In this document: piece by piece, positions 15,271 through 28,258 of the stretch | How positions within the stretch are numbered: position 1 is the stretch's first letter | Layout: the number at the start of each line of letters is the position of its first letter | From: Eledone cirrhosa | Taxonomy: Eukaryota | Reading direction: 5' to 3' | Assembly (NCBI GenBank): GCA_964016885.1 | Contig: OZ024749.1 | Coordinates: forward strand, 41,478,001-41,542,000 | Length of the DNA: 64,000 nucleotides | The notes under the pieces: model-generated | Database searches by the model: none | What the model was told of the DNA's origin: nothing | Seen by the model: only the letters and a program-made list of their open reading frames with translations | Made by a program: the position numbers and the translations under genes

Positions 15271-15769
15271 GTTCACTATATTAAATTATTTTTATAAATA
15301 AAATTCTGGTATTCTTTCACTCATTTCTGTTATTGGATTGTGGCCATGCTGGGGTATTACTTTCTCTATATAGAATAGAAATAGTTCTAAATATGAAAAA
15401 AAAAAAAATGTGAGAAAAGAATAACCAGTTTTATTAAAGCATCTCTTTAGATATATCTTTAAAATATGTTTCACATTTGGGGAGTAATTTAAACACCATT
15501 AAACCCTGAAAGAATCAGGATACTATCTTTTTTCCTACTCACTAGCACTTTAGTTTAATCTCAGACATTTTGATTCTAACTTCTGTTTCCATTGTTGGAA
15601 CTTATTCTCTAGTTCTTTTATGGATTCAGCTGTAAGGACCAGACCATCTGCATAGAGAAGTTTCCATGTGTTAAAACTTCTGTTATGACATGGAGAACTA
15701 TGATGGCTAGCACTGGGCTAAGAACCAAACTCTGATGAACTCCTAACTGTACCTTGAATTTTTGAATTC

Positions 15770-16035
15770 TTTATTCTTTACTAAATTCACTCTACTGACA
15801 ACTCCTCTGTACATAGCTTGAACTGCTCTCACAAGCAATTCTTTTACATCTAATTTCTTTAAAAATTGAGGTACTTTGTCAAAGGCCTTTTCTAGATCAA
15901 CAAAACCTAGATATAGTGTCTTATTCTTGGCTAGGAACCTCTCTTGTAGTTGCCTCACTAAAAAGAAGGCATTTGTAGTATTTTTCTCAGGCATGAAACC
16001 AAACTGCATCTTGTCTAATTTGAGTCTTATATATT
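15770..16035 (-). mobile_element. RTE-clade LINE reverse transcriptase fragment
   Basis: MQFGFMPEKNTTNAFFLVRQLQERF....LYLGFVDLEKAFDKVP (RT motifs QFGF and DLEKAFD). Confidence 0.8.
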
Positions 16036-17199
16036 CTTCTTCTTTGCCCATTTATTCCTGGGAGGGTCGTGGAGGAAGAGTCCTCAAACACTCCTTCCAG
16101 CAGGTCCTGTCAGAAGCAACCATATCCAACTGATCCAGCTGGATTCCCAATTGTGGTCAGCCAAGCTCATGAATGTTATCTGACCATCTTGCTTGGGGTC
16201 TACACTTGGGTTTTGCTCATAAAAGCAGGGTGTCCAATGCTTTTCTGTTACTGCTAATCCACTCTCAATAATAATAATTCTTTCTAATTTTAGTTCAAGA
16301 CAGCAATTTGGGGGAGAAGAAAATTGATTGTATCGACCCTGTATATGACTGGTACTTTATTTAATCAAGGTAAAGTTGACCTCAGAATGTAAAGAGCTGG
16401 AACAAATACTGCAAAACATTTTGCCCGATGGTCTAGCGATATCTATATACTGCTTCCACATTTTAACTATCATTATGTTCAATATATTGATCTGTATGAT
16501 CTGAGTTCAAATCCCGCCCAGGTTAACTTTGCCTTTCATCCTTACAGAGTCGATAAAATAAAGTACTAGTAATGTACTGGGTAATTGCTGGCCTTGTGCC
16601 TAAAGTAGAAACAATTATGTCCAATATATTGAGTTATTTTTATAAATAAAATTCTGGTATTCTTTCACTCATTTCTGTTATTGGATTGTGGCCATGCTAG
16701 GGCATTGCTTTCTCTATATAGAATAGAAATAGTTCTAAAAATGAAACAAAAAAAACAAAACAAAACCGAAATGTGAGAAAAGATTAACCAGTTTTATTAA
16801 AACATCTCTTTAGATATATCTTTAAAATATATTTCACACTTGAGAGTAATTTAAACACCATTTTATGTGGAAGGCTGTCATTGTATAGATCGTTCGCCAA
16901 TTCTTATTTTTTTCATAGACACTTTCCCATTAAAGAATCTGCCAGGTTTTGTCTAAAAAAATAACAACAACAAAAAAAACAGGCCATATTCACTTCGGAC
17001 TGAAAAATGAAGTCAAGCGAGACTGTTAATGTACACCACATCAAGTATTTGTCATTGTTGAACATCATTTTGTTCCTGTAAAGCTTGGATGATATTATCT
17101 TTTCATTAAAAAAAAAACAAGAAAAGAAAACAACAGTGATACGACATTCATACATATACATTCAGGTATGAAAAATATTTGGTTTTGTCTCGATTTAAA

Positions 17200-17560
17200 T
17201 AAATCTAGGACAAGTAGGGCGGGAGTTTTCAAACAACACCGGAAAGCCTAAACTGTAGCTGGCTTGCATGGTAGCCATTGTTGTTAGCAGTTCGTTATAC
17301 GAAGTGGGATTTCAGGAACTTTATCACATATTATTGTAGCATTTCTCGATTCTTTTTCATTTTATTCTTTTCGAAAATGTGTTTACAAATAAAATTTAGT
17401 AGAATTTATGATATTTCAATGAAGAAATAATTATTATTAGGAGATAACATTTTCGACGTTCGCAGGAGCTGGATCAGTGACAACGAAGTTTTTTTGTCAT
17501 CGTTAGCAGCTCGTGTTACTGAAGTATCTGGTGAGGCTCGCCAAGGTGCTTGGTGTTTTG
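17200..17560 (+). promoter_or_regulatory. Possible promoter or 5'UTR exon region of the zinc-finger gene
   Basis: Repeat-free, relatively CpG-retaining island with CCGGAA at about 17239 and candidate donors at 17531 and 17546. The acceptor at 19129 implies an upstream exon. Confidence 0.3.
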
Positions 17561-19227
17561 CTATTCCAGCACTTTAGTTTCGCTATTGCTCATTGTAATA
17601 TGGTGCTTTGGGTTACTTCAACATTTGTTTTTAAGGCAACACCCGCATTCTCTGCTAGAGCGTATAATTGAAGGAATATTCATTGCCTTTGCTTTTTCTC
17701 GGCTAAATTTCTTAATGGGTTATATTTTTAATTAATAAAAAAAAATGTTTCTTTATTCACATTTTCATTGTATCTTTCCCCTTTAATTCACACGATATAT
17801 AGTTTTCGCGTGGTATTGCTCTGATAAATACGATACAGATCCTGCAAGGACACTGCCTAATAATAGATTAAATAAAATTGGTTATTACGATCAGCAGATT
17901 CTAATTAAAAACTTGTCAGATGAAGGATAGTTTCCAATATGAAAGTTTTCTGTAAAACCTCCGCCATGACAAACTATTATTATTATTAAATCCAACGAAA
18001 CCCTTTATATTTCACTAATAATGATAGAATAGTTACGGAGTCGGATTAAAATGTCTGCTCTATGTAGTTACCTCCCTTTTACATTATGAGAATTTTAATC
18101 CTGTCGATGTACCTTTTTCATCCGAGGCAGGTTTGATATTCCAATAAAGCATCTTAAATGTGAATATAATTATAATAGGAAAGACTAACACTTTTGTAAT
18201 TCAAACGAGTTCTCGATATTGTTTAAAATCGGAACGAACACCATAAAAACAAGTGCCAAGATTGCATACACACAGCTAGCATCTGTTTTGGGACGCTGAG
18301 ATATAAATTGTATTTTGACTGAGTATTTCTAAATAATGGATAATATATTTATTGGTAATATACTTCTTCCGTTTTTTAAACATTCATACCTAACTTCATT
18401 GACATTTGCCACACAGTTCCATATATTCACAGGCTCGTAACATTTGATTGAATCTTAGGGTCGCCGTCATAACATACGATGCAACTTGCGTTTTTAAACC
18501 TGGCGGAGCCCATCCTAGGTTTGAATATAGCCGATTTCTTCCAGAGAAAAAGTGAGAAAGAGATTTCAGAGAACCGGAACGAACACCACAAAGCATTCTG
18601 TCTAACGTTCTGACGCCTCTGCCAATTCGCCACCTGTCACTGTTAATAAGACGATAAAAATTGTAGAACTATCTCAAAGCCGACTTTGCAAAGGCACGAC
18701 CCCTTTAGCTTTCAAAATTGTAACAATATCCTCTCTTATATCTCTTTATCTAAGTATTCCTTCGTTTAGAGGAGAAAATAATTAAAATATGGGCACCCCC
18801 ATAAACTCCAAACTTTGTAGTAATATTTTATTGCTATATCTTCTTTCAGAATACACACACATATAGAAACACGCACGCACACACACACACTCACATATAG
18901 GAAAAAGTTTAACCCTGACGGCAGGTCGGGGTTAAACTTTTTCCTATTACCCACTCTACTACCCTAAGTATTGAGTACTCTGGTGCGTTATGGTCCATCT
19001 GGTTCCTTACCACACCTCCTTCGTTATATATATATATGTGTGTGTACGTACACATGCACATATAAAACACCCTTTCTCTCTCTCTTTCTTCACATATACA
19101 CTATATAACCTTTCTATGTATATTTTCAGATATATTCTTCAAGTTCCTCTATTGAAATGGAGATGTCATAATGCTGCCAGAGGAGTTCTATTGAAAGGCT
19201 ACAAATTAAAGACTGATTTCATCTCTT

Positions 19228-20971
19228 ATGAACACAAATAGAAATAATTTAGAATGTATGTCAGCCTCCTTTAGCAGAGACAGTGTGAAAGATGCTAGAT
19301 GTCGTATCTACCCTGTACAGATTGTAGCAAACATGGCCACTATTTCTCCTATTTCTCCTAATTCACTGGAGATTTGTAATAAAAAGGAGAATGTTGACAG
19401 GATTTGGGTGGATAATAACATATCTCAGTCTTGCTATGAAGAAGCATCACCATCAAATAGTGATTTGTCTCGCAGAAATCAAACTCTCTCAGCTGATGTA
19501 GGAAATATTTCAAGAACTGCAGCAAAAGATATTTTTATTCTTGACCAACGGCCATCAAGAGTCAAACATCTATCATCTTTGCAAGAACCGAAAAAATTCA
19601 AGTGTCCTCTCTGTGTGTATAAGACCAACATTAAGTCTGATTTAGGTCGCCATGCCAAGAAGCACAGTAAATGTTCCTTTACATGTGATATTTGTAAAAT
19701 GCCATTCATGAGTATGGGAATGGTGATGTACCACAAACAAAAGCATCATTCTGAGCAGTTGTCTGGCATGAAACACAAATATTCTTGTTCATTGTGTCCG
19801 TATGGTACAAAGTCTAAATCCGATCTAAACCGACATCTTCGATTACATCCACTAGCCAAATATATCTGTTATAACTGCCAATTCCCATTCAGTAACTTTG
19901 AAACTCTAGAACTTCATTTAAAGACCTGGCATTCAGATAGTAACAGTGAGGTTACCCCTAATAAATCTACTGAGATAGAGATGGAAATGGAATCAACATT
20001 GAAAACAAATCCTTCAGACCATCATCATCCATTTTCTAACTCTGATGTTTCAAACAAGAGATTAACAGAAGATTCACCTAGTCCTTCTGATAAGGTACGT
20101 TCACAGTTGCAAAATACAGAGGAGGAGGAAAACTCAAATCAAAATGAAGTAGAGAGTAGTTACAACAGCAGAATTCAGATTAAATTAGAACCTGAGAAAT
20201 TCCCATGTACTTTTTGTTCCAAAACATTTGAAGAACAATCAATGCTTGATCTTCATACACTTCAGTTCCACATTGAAACTCAGTTTTCACTGAGATCAGG
20301 AGAACAACTGAATGTTGGGGGTTCGTTAATTGATTCTGCTAGTATTAAGGATGCTGCTTGGCAAGAGCCTAGCGAAAGTCGCCAGGAGTTATTGCAGTGT
20401 CCCCATTGTAACTTCAAGACATCCAACCAGTTTCTATTGGATAGTCATGTTAGGAAACATCAAGTGACTCTTTACACATGTCCAATATGTGACCTACCTT
20501 TTAGGAGTATCCAGAACCTGATGCAACATAAACTACAACATGAGCGACAACAGCAACAACAACAACAACAAGTATCGCTAAACCTTGAGGTGCAGAAAGA
20601 CAACAATAACAACACCAATCCCATCAGATCTTATAAATACCACTGCAGCATGTGTGCTTATGAAACAGACCACAAGTCAACTTTCAACCGTCATGTATTG
20701 AGACACAGTATCTCCAGATACACGTGTGAAGAATGCCAGATGCCATTCATGCGAGAAGGAAATTTAATCCTACACAAGAAACGAAAGCATTCAACAATTG
20801 AAAATAACATTTCTCCACAGGTACCACCACCATTTCACAAAGAACAACGTTACCAATGTCCACACTGCCAATATGCTACCAGTTATAAGATCACACTCCA
20901 AAGACACGTGAAGAAACATGACATTGCACTTTTCAACTGTGATATTTGTGACATGCCCTTCATATGTGAAG
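19228..20971 (+). CDS. C2H2 zinc-finger protein, coding exon 1 (10 complete fingers plus the first half of finger 11)
   Basis: Long ORF with repeated CxxC-x12-H-x3/4-H motifs (e.g. FKCPLCVYKTNIKSDLGRHAKKH). In-frame stops lie upstream of the ATG at 19228. Acceptor ttttcag ends at 19129 and a phase-1 donor GTAAAA starts at 20972. Confidence 0.93.
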
Positions 20972-22451
20972 GTAAAATCCTATTTTGGTGTATTATTCTC
21001 AATATCATCTTTACCACTATATCATTCCTTTACCATTTCTTTCTAACTTGTCATGCTTTCTGTTGCTGTGTTGTTGTTGCTGGTTTTTAGTCTGAGCTTA
21101 GCCATAACCGTTTCATTACCATGTTTCTAATGAAAGACACTGCCTATCAGTTTAACCCCTTAACATTTAAACCGGCCATATCCGGCCAGAATTCTCTCAC
21201 CTCTTTTTGTTCAAACCGGCTGTAACCAGCTGCTCATACTGATGTTAAGGTATTGTTCTCAAAATAAATAATATCAAAATCTCATAGATTCAATATTATC
21301 TGAGATAATTATGTAAGATAAAGCCTTTACCATGAAAATATAATAGTATATATAGAGTAATGTAAATACTAAAGGGTTAAAAATAATCGGAATTTGGAGA
21401 GATTTAGTAATATATCTAACTTTTTCATTATTGCACTGTTGTGTGGAACATAATTTGACAAAGGTTCTTACATAAAATAATTCTTTCTACTTTTTGGCAC
21501 AAGGCATTACTAGTACTTTATTTTATCGACCCCGTAAGGCTGAAAGGCAAAGTTAACCTCGGCAGGATTTGAACTCAGAATGGCAAGTGGTGTAACTCTA
21601 TGCTGCAAAGCATGGCGTCTGACCCTCTACCGATACTGCCAATCCATACATAAAATAATGATGGAAGTTTTTTAGATAAATATGTATATATGGACCTATA
21701 AATCCTGGTGGAGTAATAGGGCTGCCATAGTGACATAGTGTTTTGTGGGGATTTTAAACCTGACTACATTTAGCTAATGTGTCCTTTCTTTTTCAAGAAA
21801 TTAGGGTATGATTTGTGAGAAATTTGGATCAAGAGAGGGTGGGTTGAGAAGGTGTCTGTGTTAGCTTATTACAACATAGGAAGCTAAAACCCTTAACCGA
21901 AGCAAGGTACAAACTACCAAGTGATACTCGATTGCAAGTGACATTAGTAGTAGTAGTAGTAGTATATGTATGTTTGTATATATTGGTAGATCAAACGGGA
22001 TATGGTAAGCAATGCTCTGGTGAATCTCATGAAACGATCAGTGTCTCCATTGAATTGATGTGCCCTGAGTGTGGAATGGTGTACTGGAATAAATCTGGTC
22101 CCAAGACCCACATTTGCAGCCATGTTCAGAGAGAACCAGTGAACTATCATCTCCACAGTATTGATGTAATGAATGTGGCAAAGAATGGCGATCTGTAGCA
22201 GGACTGAAGTGGCATGTGAAGGTTCACAAGCAACCTGATGCAAGACTTTATGCCAAGGAGATCCATAGTTGTCATCAATGTGCCAGGGAGTGCAGGTCTC
22301 TAGCAGGCTTGAAAAGCCATATTCAAGTGTCACACATATGAATTTGTCTAGTAATTGCAATATTCTTAATGTGAGTTTGCAGCAATCATATATTGGTATA
22401 TTGTAATTTAAAAAATAATAATGATTCTTTATTGAAATTCTTTATTTTCAG

Positions 22452-23698
22452 GAAATTTGTCTCACCACAAGCGACTTCAACACGGTATATTTGGATCAGA
22501 CAATATCCGAGATAAAGATCTTGGTCAGCATAACAGTTTCCTCCACAACTTCCTGTCACAGAGGAAACTTAACGAACCCAACAATATTTCTCAGTCTAAC
22601 AACCCAACATTTAATAATTCTACTGATGTTGTTCTCGATCTTACCCAGTGCAAACCTGAAGTATACAATCCCTATCCTGTCGGAGTCCCTGAGCCTGTTG
22701 TCTGTCAAGACGAGAGATCTGAGGTATATAATGTCTTCCCTGCACTAGCGTCCGAACGTATCACTCTCCAGGATGAAAGAACCGAAAGTTTCCTTTGTTC
22801 TTACTGCCCAACTAAATTCACCAATAAAGATGATTTCGTCAAACACATCAGCAGTCATGAAGGGACTATGTATCACCAAAACTACACAATGTGCAACCCT
22901 GCGTTGTTTCGGCAGATGCAGCTTGAAGAAAAATTGCTGCAACAACAGCAGTACAGCAACAACAATTTGACAGACAATGCGGCCGTTAATGAACGCTCCT
23001 TGCCTGGTACTTCCTCCTCCAACAACTTATTGACCATCAGGGATGTAGCTCAGAACACGTCAGGCTTTATCAGTTTAGCTGGCAACTTTAAAACTGAGCA
23101 GAGCCCGAACTGTGCAAGATTGAACTATATAGAGATTGAAGACGACAATAACAATGACAGTGACATTGACAATGAAAATATCAATAATAACAATAACACT
23201 AATAAGAGAAATAACAATAATAATCAAGAGAGTTCTAAGAGTGAAAGATTTAGGAGAAAAGGGAACATTGAAAATGGCGTCATCACTTTGGAATTTGATG
23301 AACGAAACTCATTTTCCAGTTATAGCCAGTCGACGATAAAGTCTGGTGCAAATATTCACCCCAAACAGACTGTGACCTTTGATCTTGGCCGCAATTTGGT
23401 AGAACGATGCAACAAAGCAGTCCAGTGTGTCCTCATTCCATCTGAAGTTTCCCATGCCAATGATTCATCATCATCATCACCATCATCACTTGTACAGCCC
23501 CCTCAGAGGGGTAGGTATGTGAAACTAGTCTCAGACTTTGACGATTTCGCCGAACGTCCCTTTGCCTGTGCTCTCTGCTATCACCGCTATAGCAAGTATG
23601 AAGAACTTAAGGTACATGTACAGAACCACCTGACGGGAGCTGGAGGTTTCCAGGAGATCCCATCAACTGCTCTCTTTGCATCTAAAACTCCAGATTAA
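22452..23698 (+). CDS. C2H2 zinc-finger protein, coding exon 2 (completes finger 11, adds fingers 12-13, stop TAA); spliced product 996 aa
   Basis: Acceptor tttattttcag ends at 22451. The phase-1 join reads FNCDICDMPFICEG|NLSHHKRLQH and restores an intact finger. Further fingers FLCSYC..HISSH and FACALC..HVQNH. CDS total 2991 nt is divisible by 3. Confidence 0.92.
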
Positions 23699-23809
23699 AC
23701 TGTAGACAACAAGGCAGGTCCTGGTCTTGGAGAATGTTATGAATGAAGTTCTGTTGCATGTCAATAACTGGGGCTGTTAATGGTGTGTGGACTGGATTAT
23801 GACATTATG

Positions 23810-24305
23810 ATGTGGTTGATGGTGAGGGTACCAAACATGTGGTGATGTTATCAAACAAGGTTGATATTGATAGTACCACATGTGATAGTATTAAACAGAG
23901 TTGATATTGGTAGTACCACATGTGGTGATAGTATCAAAGGGTTGATGTTGATAGTAGCACACATGTGATGATGGTATCCAACAGGGTTGATGTTCATAGT
24001 ACTACATGTGATATTTTCAAACGAGGTTGATGTTGATAGTATCACATTTGTGGGGATAGTATCAAATAGGGTTGATGCTCATAGTACCACACATGTGGTG
24101 ATAGTACCAAACATGGTTGATGCTCATAGTACCACACATGTGGTGATAGTACCAAACATGGTTGATGTTGATAGTATCACACATGTGGTGATAGTATCAA
24201 ATAGGATTGATGTTCATAGTACCACACATGTGATATCAAGCAGGGTTGATGTTGACAGTACCATGTATAGTGAGAGTGTCAGGCGTGGTCGATATTGATA
24301 GTACT
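23810..24305. repeat. About 45-bp minisatellite in the putative 3'UTR of the zinc-finger gene
   Basis: Unit ggttgatgctcatagtaccacacatgtggtgatagtaccaaacat, roughly 11 degenerate copies. Confidence 0.85.
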
Positions 24306-24426
24306 GTCCAGTATACAACATATTGGAAGTGTTGACCAACCAATGTCCAGTATTACAATCAACATATTCATTCATGTGTCACCATCTCCCCACCTCCCGC
24401 TCCCATCTTGGTGTGGATTTAAATTA

Positions 24427-24442
24427 AATAAAAAACAATAAA
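24427..24442 (+). terminator. Candidate polyadenylation signals of the zinc-finger gene
   Basis: Two AATAAA (24427, 24437) followed by T-rich sequence, about 730 nt after the stop. Confidence 0.5.
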
Positions 24443-24899
24443 ACATTCATTTTATCAAATATCTATGTTTAATTATTTTTTTTATTTCACCAAGTGATCC
24501 AAACTGATCCAGGTTAATCCAAATTAAACCAGATTGATCCAGATTTTTCTAATATTTTTAGTTAGTTTCATAACACCATTAGTCTGAATGATCCTCTCTG
24601 AGGTCACCCATAATGATAATCACAAAGTTTCCAGCTCAAATCTAGGCTGCATTGTTAGTAATTATATTTTGTTTTAATATAATTGATTCTACTTTTGGCA
24701 CAAGGCCAACAATTATCGACTCCTTAAAGATGAAAGGCAAAGTTAACCTTGCCGTGATTTGACCATTAAGGGCCGTAACTCTTTGCTGTAAAGCATATAT
24801 ATATATACATTGTACTTTCCTCTTATTTATAAATACACTTTATCCATCAACAACACAGCCCCTCTTCCTTCACATATATATATATACACACACACACAC

Positions 24900-24947
<48 letters not shown>

Positions 24948-25367
24948 GATAATAATAGGCTGCCCGTTGCAAATGGTGGGGCATATGAAAAAGTAAGTCC
25001 TTCATCAGTGACCCTCCAACCGTCCCAGGCATTTCATCGCTATAAATACATAATAATAGTATTTATACTTATATATATAATATATATACAATTATAAATA
25101 CGAAAGGGTAATATTTTGTATTACCAGTAAGAAAATTAGCTCAATGTAAAATATCAGATGTATTACAGAGCAGGAATACAGAATATAAAACAATCAAATT
25201 TTTGTTTAATGCATTTAATTGTTGATGATCATTTAGGAATCATCGGAGCATAGACAATGTTTAAACAAGTAATTACATTCCTAGTCCTTAGAACATTCAT
25301 TAAGATACATTATTAACGATCGTCAGCAATTAAATGCATTAAACAAAAATTTGATTGTTTTATGTTC

Positions 25368-25942
25368 TGTATATATATATATATTTATATATATATATAT
25401 ATAACATATATATATATATACAACATATATATATATATACAACATATATATATATATACAACATATATATATATATACAACATATATATATATATATACA
25501 ACATATATATATATATATACAACATATATATATATATATACAACATATATATCATCATTTTACGTCCGCTTTTCCCTGCTTGCAAGGGTATATATATATA
25601 TATAACATATATATATATATATATACAACATATATATATATATAACATATATATATATATACAACATATATATATATATATATATACAACATATATATAT
25701 ATATATATACGTGTGTATATATATATGTGTGTGTGTATATATATATATATGTTGTATATATATATATATGTTATATATATATATATATATATATGTTATA
25801 TATATATATATATATGTTATATATATATATATATGTTGTATATATATATATATATATATATATGTTATATGTATATATATATGTTATATGTATATATATA
25901 TGTTATATATATATATATATGTTATATATATATATATATATG

Positions 25943-25977
<35 letters not shown>

Positions 25978-26021
25978 ATATATATATATATATATGTTGT
26001 ATATATATATATATATACAAC

Positions 26022-26067
<46 letters not shown>

Positions 26068-26271
26068 ACATATATATATATATACATATAACATATATAT
26101 ATACATATAACATATATATATATATACAACATATATATATATATATATACAACATATATATATATATATAACATATATATATATATATACAACATATATA
26201 TATATATACACACACACATATATATATACACACGTATATATATATACACACAAACACATATATATAGATAT

Positions 26272-26312
<41 letters not shown>

Positions 26313-26370
26313 TATCGATACACACATAAATATATATAAATATAGATACACACACATATACATACACACA
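25368..26370. repeat. Interrupted (TA)n microsatellite with an internal inversion
   Basis: CAAC-interrupted and GTTG-interrupted blocks alternate. Confidence 0.9.
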
Positions 26371-26781
26371 CTCTTGAATAATTCGAATCAGTAAATAATT
26401 CACATCTCCATTTTACACTCATTAATGTACCACATATTTTGTTTGGAGGTTTTGTAGGTCTGGTAGGTAAGTCGCAAGCAGGGTTTCATTTCACACTGGG
26501 AAACTGTGACTTGTACAAATCACCAATATATGCAATAGTTAGAATGATTTCTTTTACTTTATTCAACATATTTCGAAATCATTTTGTTTCTTTTTTCCTT
26601 CTGAATATTAAAACAGAGGATTGACTGAACAGAACAATAAGGCAGATTCTATGGCTTTTATTGCTCACTTTCAAAATAAAAATAAAAATCTATATTTTAT
26701 GTACATGTCTGCAATACAGCAGAATTTTGTGTTATGATATTGGAGTATTTACATCTAAAATAAAATATAATGTTATTTCTG

Positions 26782-26907
26782 CTACAATCGAGATATTGTT
26801 TCAACACTATCTAAAACATCTTCTGTGGAACTCCCAGTGTGGCTACTGTGACCGTTTACTTGCCTTTTAGAATCTTCACCCAAATAAAAGTGAATGTCGG
26901 AACTTCC
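26782..26907 (-). CDS. SLC9A: NHE terminal coding exon: GSSDIHFYLGEDSKRQ...DSVETISRL*
   Basis: Polypyrimidine tract plus CAG, phase 0, stop TAG. A minus-strand AATAAA follows at about 26657-26662. All 18 exons sum to 1669 nt (1 + 556 codons). Confidence 0.72.
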   Translation of the reverse strand, partial: GSSDIHFYLGEDSKRQVNGHSSHTGSSTEDVLDSVETISRL

Positions 26908-27255
26908 CTGTGGAATAAAATAGAAGAAAAGAAAAGCCAAATTAAATGAAGTGAATTGACGCATAATTCTTACAGTAAGTTTTGTTATGAGGGGAGATAA
27001 CTCTATTTATTTTCAAAATTGTTTTTAAAATTAGGCACAAAACAGACATGAGCTCGGTTTGTTCTCACTTGGGGACAGGACTCGCTGTAAGGAGTGTTCG
27101 AGGACTCTGCCCCCACGACCCTCTCAGGAATAAATGGGCAAAGAGGAAGGTTGATTATATCAACCCCAGTATTTGACATACACACGCACAAATATATATG
27201 CATATATATAATGAATATGTGTGTCTCAAATACTGGAATTATATATATATAAACG

Positions 27256-27296
<41 letters not shown>

Positions 27297-27617
27297 GTGT
27301 GTAGGAGCCACGACAGCACCCAGCAGACACCGTAAATGAGGTGAGCATTAGGAAGGGATTCCAGCCGCAGAAATTTAACAAGAAACAGTCCTATATGAGC
27401 AAGAAACAGTCACCTGACACAACTTACCTGTAATCGGACGACCCGTCTAACCCATGCTGGCGTGGAAAATGGACGTTAAACGATAATGATATATACATAC
27501 ATACACACACATACATACATATACATATACACACACAGGTATATATGTGACAGCAACACTAATAGTTTGTGAAATGAGGGTATATTTTCCCCCAAAAGTT
27601 CCTGGCAGATATTTTAC

Positions 27618-27777
27618 CTTATTTTTTGTATTTTCAGAATTTGTATTTTCAGATTTCACATATTGCAATAATTCGTTGGCGTTGAGTTCTTTTCCAGCAG
27701 GTTTCATACTGCTCTCATTCTTTATATTTAATTCATACTGACAAGGCTCTACAATTGTATATCGTTCTCCATAATAT
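27618..27777 (-). CDS. SLC9A: NHE tail exon: YYGERYTIVEPCQYELNIKNESSMKPAGKELNANELLQYVKSENTNSENTKNK
   Basis: CAG/GTAAAA boundaries, open in phase 2 to 0. Overlaps ORF 27447..27707 in the same frame. Confidence 0.7.
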
Positions 27778-27981
27778 CTGTTTAATTAACAATACAAAAC
27801 AATATTTATTAATTAATAATTCTAAATCAAGTTTTATTTAATAGAGTTAAGTAAAACGGAAGAAAAGATGTCTAAATCTTCTCCTGGGTTTTACGATACA
27901 GAACTATTTATTTTGAAGTGTTTATATTTATCTGAAACCTTTCCATCACATATATATATATACATATACATATATATATAC

Positions 27982-28027
<46 letters not shown>

Positions 28028-28039
28028 ATATACATATAC

Positions 28040-28071
<32 letters not shown>

Positions 28072-28145
28072 ATACATATACATATATATATATACATATA
28101 CATATATATATATATACATATACATATATATATATATACATATAC

Positions 28146-28193
<48 letters not shown>

Positions 28194-28225
28194 ATACATA
28201 TATATACATATACATATATATATAC

Positions 28226-28258
<33 letters not shown>

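Larger units (their letters stand above)
14831..16862. repeat. Local direct duplication (14831-15500 and 16249-16862) flanking an RTE fragment
   Basis: Colinear match over about 600 bp, including SINE pieces and unique sequence ending gagtaatttaaacaccatt. Confidence 0.8.

Noticed and set aside
16859-16952. Exon-like segment on the minus strand upstream of the zinc-finger gene
   Set aside because: Stops in all three frames and no partner exons were found.
20972-21090. Hydrophobic, TM-like C-terminus of the 620-aa ORF
   Set aside because: Intron read-through. Splicing at 20971/22452 restores a complete zinc finger.
22050-22130. C2H2-like motif (CPECGMVYWNKSGPKTHICSH) in the zinc-finger gene intron
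   Set aside because: Inclusion would split finger 11 and no compatible splice sites were found. It resembles the C-terminal zinc finger of decayed RTE LINEs.
23810-24305. CRISPR-like appearance of the regular repeats (also 63715-64000)
   Set aside because: Units are contiguous with no unique spacers, there are no cas genes, and the context is eukaryotic.
24960-25050. CTGATGAAGG on the minus strand; similar isolated cores near 15732, 59944 and 60903
   Set aside because: No correctly placed GAAA or helix pairing could be built.
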